64,000 nt of DNA from assembly GCF_009914755.1 (NCBI RefSeq), contig NC_060926.1; one strand, written 5' to 3'. Below are positions 54,188 through 64,000 of the stretch, piece after piece. The stretch's first letter is position 1. Each line of letters starts with the position of its first letter. The DNA is from the human T2T-CHM13v2.0 reference genome, Homo sapiens. Both the position numbers and the translations under genes were made by a program. Below the pieces are notes generated by a model. It saw only the letters and a list, made by a program, of their open reading frames with translations, had not been told where the DNA came from and ran no database searches.

Positions 54188-54632
54188 CTGCATGGGCTGT
54201 GTCTCCCCCAGCAAATTCATATGTTGAAGTCCTAACTACCAGTACCTTAAAATGACTGTATTTGGAGATACGGCCTTTAAAGAGATTCAAGGTTAAATGA
54301 GGTCAGATAGGTGGACCGTGATCCAATGTGACTGGTGTCCTTACAAGAAGAGGAGATTTGGACACACACACACAGACTCCAGGGGTATGTGTGAGGCGCA
54401 CAGCGAGAAGATGGTTGTCTACAAGCAAGGAGAGAAGACCCAGGAGAAGCCAGTGCTGCTGGCATTTTGATCTTGGACTTCCAGCCTCCAGAACTATGAG
54501 GAAAGAAATTGCTGCTGTTTAAGCAACCCAGCGAAATAGCTAGTGGTATTTCATTTTTTCTTTCTTTTTCCTAATTGTAGACTCATAGCAAATAGTGATA
54601 TTTTGTTAGGGCAGCCCTAGCAAATGAATAAA
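54188..54632 (+). mobile_element. MLT1B-like MaLR LTR
   Basis: 'aaattcatatgttgaagtccta...tccaatgtgactggtgtccttacaagaagagg...ggcagccctagcaaa'. Confidence 0.85.
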
Positions 54633-55179
54633 ATTGTGAAGACAAGGAGGAGAATGATGCAACAGTGAGAAGGGCATGAAGAATGTTCAGAGGCTGGAAC
54701 ACATGCCTGTGTTCAAGATGGAGCCTGGGTTGGCTGGTAGTTTGGGACTATTTCACCAGGCTGTTGTTGGCCTTGGGGAGGGCAGCAGAGGTGAGTCCAT
54801 GAGGGTGCTGGGATGGAATGACCTCTAGGATTGCCCTTGTGAGTTCGGTCAGCCTTGGAAGTGGTGGCTTGGTAACAGGAGATGTTTGTATTTTGCATGT
54901 TTTCAAGTCAATGAAAGTCAGTCTTTAAAATGCCTTGGCTCGCTTCTGTTTTATTCCTGGTGTCAGTATACAATGGTTTTAGTACGGTAAGTTTGCAACA
55001 CTAAAGGACATATTTTGTCAGAGAAACCAGCTAAAAATATTTCAAGATGTTTCTCAGCGCCAAGTGAGCTCCTTGCCATCCTTGGCTTTCCTTCTCCTGT
55101 ATTTCTGAACCTCAAAGCAAAATGGTTATTTAAAATAGAGGTGCAGATGTATCTGATCAATTAAAAGAATGTCAGTGCT

Positions 55180-55670
55180 TAATGAGATCTTAGAGGTCGT
55201 CTAGTCCTGCCTTCTCATTTTACAGCAGAGGAAACAGAGACTAAAGAAAATTAGTGATTTTCTCAAGATCATCTGATCATTAGTTAGCAGTAGAGGCTCC
55301 TAGTGTAGACAGGTTGTTTTGCTAAATAATTTTGTTTCTATATAAAAAAGGAGGTTCATCCTTGCAAGGGTTAGGATGGGAAAGTGCTCTGAGTTATGTC
55401 TGCGGGAGTCTCATGGAATCCAAATGAAAAGTACATGCTCTGGTGTCAGGCACCCGGATTCAGACCCCTGCTGTCCATCAGCTAGCCCTGTGATCTTGGG
55501 TCATTACTTAAGCTCACTAAACCTGAGTTCTTATTTGTAAGAATGGTGGTAGTATGGGCAGGTTGTCACAGAACCCACCTTAAGTGTGATGTGAAGATTA
55601 AGTGAAACTGAAACAATTCTTACCGATGTGACTGACACATTATCAGGCCTCAAAACATATGCTCTTATCT
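55180..55670. mobile_element. MIR fragments (~55180-55300, ~55430-55670)
   Basis: 'ctcattttacagcagaggaaacagaga' and 'tgtgatcttgggtcattacttaagctc'. Confidence 0.65.
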
Positions 55671-56205
55671 ATTCTTCCCACCACACAAGGATACCATATT
55701 TCTCTCTGTCCCAGGGCCCTGGCACAATTCCTGTTCCAGTCTGTGTGCGACAAATATGTGTTAGATGACTGAAGCATCAGGAGTGGCCTAGAGGGAAGGA
55801 TAGCACACGACATTGGGAATGAAAAAGGAAGCAGAATACAAGATGATATACGGATAAGGGAGATGTGTAAATATTTAGATTCTCAGGCAAGTGGAAAGAT
55901 GTGAGAAGTGTTAAAGAGCAATGAAAGTAAAAGATGAATTCTCCACCTCCAGGGGGTGATCACAGGGGGTCAGACAACAGGCGTACTTGACATGCTTTGC
56001 AAACATGAAGTGTCAAACAGGTGTATAGTAGCCATCAATACCAGAAGCAAACACACCTTAGTAAAATTTCAAGAAGACAATGTTACCTCAAGCATCTGGA
56101 GAAGCTTATACTGCTCAGATCTCAGGAACCAGGGAGGTCACGGGGGAAAAGACCAAGGACAGTCGCAGGCAGCTTCAGCAAAAGTAGACCCAACAATAAA
56201 AATGA

Positions 56206-56730
56206 TGTAAGAAGTGTATTAAGTATGTCTTTTTATTCTGATTCTTCAACATCTTGGAGTCTAGCTGACGTTGAAAGGAACTGCCCCTCCCAGGGTTATG
56301 AAATTCCTAGAGATAGCAACTTGCCTGGGAGCCTATCTTTCATACGCAAACCAGCCAATCCAAAGCCCACACTTCTACCACCTCCTTTATCTGGCTCTTA
56401 TATGCAGACCCACTATCCCACTGTCCTAATCACCCTAGGCCATGACAGGATACCAGATGACTAGAGACAGCCCCTATGCCCCAGATCCTGCTGGAATTAT
56501 TCAAACTAGCCAATCCTAAACCTGCTTACTCTGCCTTTCCCTTCTCAATAAAGGTTCTTGTCCACGATCCCCCCTCACTCCTTCTTTCTCTTGACTCACC
56601 CTTCTCCATGTTGCCCTACCTAGGGTGCTCCTGTTATTAGGTATCTGTAAGTATAAAAACTTATTCCTTCATGACTGTCTTTTCTGCATGTCTTACCATA
56701 CCTGATTAAAACAAATCCCAGGTACTCTTA
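56206..56730 (+). mobile_element. ERVL-type LTR (MER74-like)
   Basis: 'actgcccctcccaggg...ttcctagagatagcaa...ccaatcc...attattcaaactagccaatcctaa...caataaagg'. Confidence 0.7.
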
Positions 56731-57164
56731 TATTAATAAAAAGGAGCCATCAGGGTTTCTAGGATCATCTCCTCTATCCAGATGACAGCCCTCTCTTCTC
56801 TTTTTGGACATGTTTTTCATTTTGGTTTGGAAAGGATAATGTCTTCTGTGTTCTGAGAAGTTACTTTTTGCATTTCTCTCCTCTCTTTCTCATTTATTTT
56901 ATGTAAAGCCTTATTAGCTCCCACAACTTTGTTTGCTCTCTTACTTGATAATGGAGAACATAAGAGCTAAAGTCAAGTGGAGGAAACAAGTTGGTGGTTT
57001 CTACATCCTGCTTCTTATAGGACCCGGAAGAGGAGCACCTCTTCTATAGCCTGAGCTATCTCAACAGTGTTCTCTATGGCTCATGCTGGTGACTCAGATT
57101 TCTTGTTTAGTTTTTAAGTTTTACTCCCCACTCCTGACAAACTTTTAATATTTTTAAAAGCGGT

Positions 57165-59640
57165 TAAACAACGAGGTACTATTATACACCTATAAGGATG
57201 GCTAAAATCCAAAAATAACTGACAATACCATTTGCTGACAAGGATCAACGGAACTTTGTGGAACAACAGGAGTCTCATTCATTGCTGGTGTGAATTTAAA
57301 ACGGTTACAGCCACTTTGGAAGACAGTTTGGCAGTTTCTTAGAGTTAAACATAGCCTCATCATAGGACCCAGCAATCATGTTCGTAAGTATTTACTTAAA
57401 TGAGTTGAGAACTTATGTCTACACAAAAATCAGCATGAGAATTTTATAGCAGTTTTATTTACAACTACCAAAAACTAGAAGTAAACTTTAGTAGGTGAAT
57501 GGCTAAATAAACTGTGGCACATCCACACAATGGAATGAGCTGTCAAACCACAGGAAGACATAGATGAATCTTAAATGCATGTTGCTAAGTGAAAAAAGCC
57601 AGTCTTAAAAGGCTACATAAGGTATAATTCCATTTAAGTAATATCCTGGAAAAGGCAAAACTCTTATGGAGATGGCAAATAGACCAGTGGTTTCAGAAAC
57701 TCTTGGTGAAAGGAATTGAATAGGTCAACCACTAGGGATTTTTTAAAGGGTGGTAAAACTATCTTTTTATGATATTGTGATAATACTAGATACATGACAC
57801 TATGCACTTGTCAAAGCCCATAGAACTTCATGGCATAGAGAAACTTAATTATACAAAATTTAAAAAATATTTAGAAGGTTGGAGGATTCCAGGATGAAAT
57901 GTAAAATATGGCAAAATAATCTAACTGTATTACAAATGCATGAAATAAGCGTACTGAAGGGGATGTGAGAGAAAATGCTTACGTAAGTAAGTTTGGAAAT
58001 GAATCGAGTCTGTAAGATTAAAGGCAAAAAGAGCTCTGTATAAGCACTCAAACTTATAAAGTTATTTCTATGTGGGTATGGCTTAACAATTATGGAAGTA
58101 CTCTACAGGAGACTGGAATTGAACAATGAAATAAACGAATGGCTGATGGCAGAAGCCAGGTTCTTCATTGTAGGAGGGAGAGGAAACAAGCAAGGGGGAG
58201 AAGGTTAGAATTATCTATGTGCTACTGGGTTGGGATTGGAGACATCAGTATCAACTCATATTTAGCTTAATATAGATACAGATAGTTACAAAGAGAAGGA
58301 TTTGTAGATATATGTGTATAGACATGGGTTAATTTACACACATATATGTTATTTCTCTGTCAGCTGAGCCTAGAAGCAATAACACCTTTGCAACAAGGAG
58401 CATGTCCAGGTCTTGGTTTCTAATACATTCTCCAATAAAAGAACCAAGCTCCTTGGAGACATGGACTCTAGGATGGAGCAGGAAATATACAAGACGAACC
58501 TAGAGCATTTTGTAGCTCCTGAAAGTAAGAAAGTGCTCAACCAAATCCAATAATGACAGGGCTATGTTACAGGGACACAGGAGCCAACTGAATGTATTCT
58601 CCATGGTCAGGGCTGGAACAACTTGAGCAACAAAATAAAATAGTATTGAAAGTGCAAAATAGATATCCATGAGACCATAATGATACAAACAAATGATTGA
58701 ATAAATAAATCAATGGGGGACAATAGATAAATCTCCCGGGCAGAAGAAGTTCAAATAATTTCTGTAGATATTTTGCCATCAAAGAGTGGAGTATAAATCG
58801 CTGCTTCTTAATTGTGTGCTATGCCTTGTGGCTTCCTTCCAGAGTATAATATAAAAATGTGGGGAGGTGCAGTGGGGGAGAAGGGCTGTAATCCTAGCGC
58901 TTGTGGAAGTCGAGGTGGGAGGATCACTTGAACCCAGGAGTTCAAGGTTGCAGTAAGCTATGATCACACCACTGCCCTCTAGCCTGGGTGACAGAGTGAG
59001 AGTCTGTCTCTAAAATAATAACAAATAAACAAATAATAACAATAATATAAAATACAAATAAAAGATGAGAGGAGTAACTTTACAGTGGAGAAAACTAACA
59101 AACACCACCCCAAGCAGGTGATTAAGGTCAATATCAGCAGTCATAAATCTTGTTGATAGTACGCAGCCTTGATATATGATGAGAATGACATTTTACCTCT
59201 GTGGTCTTCATCTCATAAATCCATAACTCCAGCCTAATCACGAGAAAGCCATCATATAATTCCCAATTAGGGGACATTCTACAAAATATGTGAGGAGAAA
59301 TGACAGGAGAACTCCTCAAAACTGTCAAGGTCATAAAAAGCAAGGGAAGTCTTAACAGTCATGGCAAACAAGGGCCTAAAGAGACACAACCACTAAATTT
59401 AATGAGTTATGTTGATGGGATCCTGGAACAGAAAAAGAATGTTAGTTAAAAACTAAGGAAATCTTAATACATGATAGACTTTAATTAAAAACTATATATC
59501 AATATTGGTTCATTACTTATCACAAATGGACAATATTAATGTAAGATGTTAATAAGTGAGAATGGGTATAGGGTATGTGGGACTCTGTATTATCTTTGCA
59601 ATTTTTCTGTTAAGTCTAGAAATATTTTAAAATAAAATAC
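57165..59640 (+). mobile_element. L1M (MC/MD-like) 3' region, interrupted by an Alu right-arm fragment (~58870-59060)
   Basis: ORF2 C-terminal and 3'-UTR signatures ('acagccactttggaagacagtttggcagtttctt', 'gatgggatcctggaacagaaaaag'). Confidence 0.82.
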
Positions 59641-60950
59641 TTCTTTAATAAAAAATGCTGGGAAGAGGATATGCCCTTAGTTATTTTGCTTAAAACTGAT
59701 TTCTGTCTTTAACTAATCATCCTATAATTTATGGTTAGAAATTTAACTTTTTAAAAAATATTAATAAAATGATTACATTTTAACTCAGCATACAGAGCTA
59801 CAACATCTTACATAAATAATAAACAAAGAGCAGAAAGCTGGAAATAAATGATTAAACCAGTAAGAACATGGGTTAGGACTAGATAATTTCTTCTATACTG
59901 ATGATGAGGGTTGATCATAGCACTGTTGTGGTTTGCATTACTGAAATGAAAACATGAAAGTTCATGACAAAGACAGACATTTCATTCAGCTAGTCTACAT
60001 TGCAAGATAGCTTTCATATACAAAATACTGCTGGTCTTGGAACATGTTTGCAAATGGATGACTTTAGAGAATCCTGATGACCCTGAACCCTTAGATATCA
60101 ATAAATAGGTGAGTGGGTATCTCGAAACTTTGGCAAGAAGGTCCTGTTGATTTTGGCCCTGCCACTGACAAACATGTAGCTCTTGTGGATGACTGACTCA
60201 TAAATTCAGATCATTTTCTAATGTCTGGCAGTCTACTTTAGAATCTTGTAGAAATTATATAGACTCTAGTACCCACCATCTCCAAAAAGATGGTCAGCAG
60301 GGATGTTATGAAACTTTCTTTAAAGGTCTCTGGTAGGCTGTAAATGTCTTGTGGATGTGCAGTATGGCAGAATGAGTAATCTCTCTGCAAAGGAGGGAGT
60401 TGAAGGGCTTTCTCTTGGTTTAAATACTGACTCTGGCACCACCACCCCCCACAAATTCTGTGTTAATATTTATTCAATATATATTTATAGCATCTTTGAT
60501 ATGTGCAAGATCTGTGTTAGAAAGTGTGAGCAGCACAAACATGAATTAGACACAGGTCTCTCTGATCTTCCTTCAAGGACCTGATGATTGAATAGGGGCA
60601 ATAAAATTTACATAAATAATGAAAAAAGGTACCGAGTAGTCATTGGAGAATAATATTACTGATAGGAGAATTATTCTATTTTCTTCTCCTGCCTAGTGAA
60701 ACCTATGGGATCACATGAGGCCATTTATTTGTCAATTATATCTTTGGTTGAGGCTGTCATCATATCTCACCTGGTTCCTTTACACCTTCTCCCCAGATCC
60801 CATTAGTCACCAAGTCAAATAGATTGGACCACCGCATGTGGCTTCTCATAGCCATCAGGATAAAATACAAAGTACTCAGCTGACTACAAAAATATTCTGT
60901 CATTCCCTGGCTGTGCCTACCTCTCTAACCTCATCTTCTACCATCCCCAG

Positions 60951-61319
60951 TGTCTTACTCCATTTTCACGCTGTTAATAAAGACAAACCTGAGACCAGGT
61001 AATTTATAAAGGAAAGAGGTTTAACTGACTCACAGTTCAGCATGGCTGGGGAGGCCTCAGGAAACTTACAATCATGGTGGAAGGGGAAGCAAACACGTCC
61101 TTCTTCACACGGTGGCAGCAAGGAGAAGTGCTGAGCAAAAGGGGGAAAAGCCCGTCATAAAGCCATCAGATCTCATGAGAACTCACTCACTAACACGAGA
61201 ACAGCATGAGGTTAACCACCCCCATGATTCGATTACTTCCCACTGGGTCCCTCCCATGACACACAGGGATTATGGGAACTACAAGATGAGATTTGGACGG
61301 GGACAGCCAAACCATATCA
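60951..61319 (-). mobile_element. THE1 (MaLR) solo LTR inserted in an L2 remnant
   Basis: tgtcttactccattttcac...ggtaatttataaaggaaagaggttta...gccaaaccatatca. Confidence 0.92.
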
Positions 61320-63764
61320 CATGGCATCCCACACTGCTATGTTCTTTCACCTCACTCTGTGCAGTGCTGCCTCCTCTTTCTAGAATGCCCTTCCCCTGCT
61401 CTCCATCTGACTATCTGCTACCTCCATATCCTCCAAGTCTCAATAGAAGCATCACTTCCTCTGTGAAGTGCTCTGGGGTCCTTTTTACTGGGTGATTTTT
61501 CCCTCCTTGCCCATGACTCTGTTCCATTTCATATCTCTTGGGATGTACACCCCAGCCCCTTCCTTCATATATTCTCACTCATCCTTTAAGATTCCCCCTG
61601 GTCAACCCCCTTTCCTTAGTCAGAGTTAATTATCCTCTGCTCTGGCCAATAATTAATACTTTGTTTATTCCTCCATTATAGTACTGAGTTGCATCTGACT
61701 TGGGATAGTTGCTAGCATGCTTTGTCTGGCGTTTTCACCTGATCACAAAGAATTTTAGAATAGGCACTTACCTTCATCTTTTGTTTTAGGACAATGCCTG
61801 GCATAACACCTGTTGATTAAATTAATTACCTTTTCTGTGGTTTCTTGGGCCTCTCTAATCAACCAGACATCGCAAACCAGACACAGAGACTGCCCCAGTT
61901 AGCCTCATTTCTGAACATTCTAACAGGCAGGCTATGCCAGTCTGTATAGGACTTAGAGAGCCTCAAACACCCAAGAAATTGAATTTACAGCATGTTTATT
62001 TCTTCTCTCTAGATATGTATTCTGCAATCATGACCAAACAGAAGGACTAAATCTGGATCAGAATCTGAAATGTAAAAAGGCTACTTGTCAACCACGCCAT
62101 TGTTTTCCGTTGGAGCTAGCAGAGCAGCCTCGGCTGCACATTCCTGGGACGTGAATAATATCGGTTGTGATTACACTTCAGTATCTCATCCATTACCAGC
62201 CCTGTGAACACTGAATATAACCTAATTAGGAAATGCGAAGGGCCCTTTGCTAGGGATGAGTGCTGGGGCAGCAGAGGTCCACATGCCTTCCCGACACAGG
62301 GATTCACCGGGTTTCAGACACAGGTTTGGATCCTGCAGGGCTCAAGGACAGACTTTACTGGTCTAGTCCACATTCCTTGTATAATCACCAGTAAGCTGAG
62401 AATGTGACACCTTGGATTCCATCCTATGTTACACTCCTCTTTAAATGCATTGCAAAGGAGATATGCCAGGACTGATAAGTCAGTCAATTTCAAATAGGTA
62501 TTAAAGTATTAATGAAGTGATTAACTCTCTCTGACTAAAACATTTTTTTGTTTACTGGTTTCTACTGGCCTTGAATAGGAATTTCAAATTTGTTGTTGAC
62601 AATTGGCTTCTCATCTTTCACTGAATTCTTCTAAGCTTGTTTGTCTTTTCCTACACAGCTCTTAAAATGCTTTCAGAGGACTGAATTCTATCTTCCAAAG
62701 TGCAGAGAACAGAGCACTAAGGATGTCTGCAGGCTTAATTACAAAGGATGTGATTCTATTCTTATTGTTCCATAACTTTTCTTTGTAGTAAAAGCTGCTG
62801 CATTCATTTATTCAATCCTCTGTCCCTGCATTCATCTGACACTTGCTGAGCACCTGCTATAGCACAGATTCACGTCATGCCCATGGCTGGCATCCAGCAT
62901 TTATAGGGTAACTGGCAGGAGAAAAGAAGAGGCCTGTGGCCATGAGGCAGTGAGATGGAGTCACCTGCTCTGGGAGTCAGCACCCCGCCACTCACACAGA
63001 GCCCAGCCAACTGAGCTAACTGATAAGTCAACCTTAATTCTGCTCTAAAATATTTTTCATCAAACCACCCTCTGCTGAATCAATGTACATTCCTATAACC
63101 TGTATCTTGCCCTAGTAATGTGTGACCTTCAATGTCATGGTCCAAGGTTTTGCTGCTGGGACATGTGGTCTCGGAATGATCATCAGAATCCTTCACTACA
63201 TGCTCTAAACCATCATTAGATGCTCTACAGTTTGTCACTTGTTTCCAAGTGTCCTATGTCCACCTCATTTTATAGAACTGGGCTTCACTTGAGTTCTCAT
63301 TCTGGGTACCTAGTATATTTCCCTGCAATTCTAATTGCTGGGTTCTCTCCCCAGGGAATGGAGCCTGGCTTTGGCATAGATCTCCATGAAGTACTGGGAT
63401 TTCAGATGGCACCCACTCAATTTTGTTCACCCAGCTCTGACCATGAACGAACCATTCTGCTACTTCTGCCTTCTAACCTGGTGTTTGCCTGCATTTTATC
63501 TGGACATTGCTCAATTGTCTTGGTTGCTATGTCCCACCTGCTTGTCTGAATTTCTGTTGTTACTCCAGTCCCTGCCTGTCCCTGCAACTTCACACCCACT
63601 CCCACCCCCATTTGTCTTGATGTCAATGCCTTACTGAAAAATCTTGAAATTTGATAGGGAGGATAGTGGTGGCATTATTATTATGACTACTGCCTTACTC
63701 TTTAGAAAACTGAGGCTCAGAGGATTAAGTGACTTGGCCAATTACATGTCTAATAAATAGCAGA

Positions 63765-64000
63765 ATACTGCCCAAGGTAATTTATAGATTCAGTGCCATC
63801 CCTGTCAAGCTACCAATGACTTTCTTCACAGAATTGGAAAAAACTACTTTAAAGTTCATATGGAACCAAAAAAGAGTGCACATTGCCAAGTCAATCCTAA
63901 GCCAAAAGAACAAAGCTGGAGGCATCACACTACCTGACTTCAAACTATACTACAAGGCTACAGTCACCAAAACAGCATGGTACTGATACCAAAACAGAGA
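63765..64000 (+). mobile_element. 5'-truncated young L1PA, ORF2 fragment, runs off the window
   Basis: [37 protein letters not shown]...[18 protein letters not shown], then TGA where L1 ORF2 has TGG (Trp); inserted in a MIR. Confidence 0.95.

Noticed and set aside
63729-63986. 85-aa ORF with clear protein-like sequence
   Set aside because: L1 ORF2 fragment, 5'-truncated with a premature TGA; not a host gene.

Overview
Primate (human-like: AluY/AluS/AluJ, THE1, MLT, L1PA) genomic DNA containing one protein-coding gene, CDC42EP3 (BORG2/CEP3), on the minus strand. Its 254-aa CDS lies entirely in the last exon (18779-19543; acceptor at 19778). A ~24.6 kb 5'-UTR intron links it to non-coding first exon(s) in a CpG island (~43.9-45.9 kb). 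The 3' UTR has proximal AATAAA signals at ~17.8 kb and probably a longer form reaching ~14.9 kb. The rest is intronic or intergenic DNA rich in Alu, MIR, L1, L2, L3/CR1, MaLR/ERVL LTRs and DNA-transposon fossils. Apart from CDC42EP3 and an L1 ORF2 fragment at the right edge, the ORF track is noise. I see no new gene system. The best lead is the CDC42EP3 leader: all five upstream AUGs sit in three two-codon micro-uORFs (ATG-CGG-TGA, ATG-ATG-TAA, ATG-ATG-TGA) in one frame, spaced 132/96/94 nt, with an alternative splice donor inside the first. Other leads: a local 69-bp templated duplication, a sense-oriented upstream THE1 LTR with an intact splice donor, a MER30-derived false poly(A) site, and candidate SRF/TEAD/ETS enhancers. 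Repeat subfamily names are from recall of consensus sequences, and repeat boundaries are approximate unless TSDs/TIRs are quoted.
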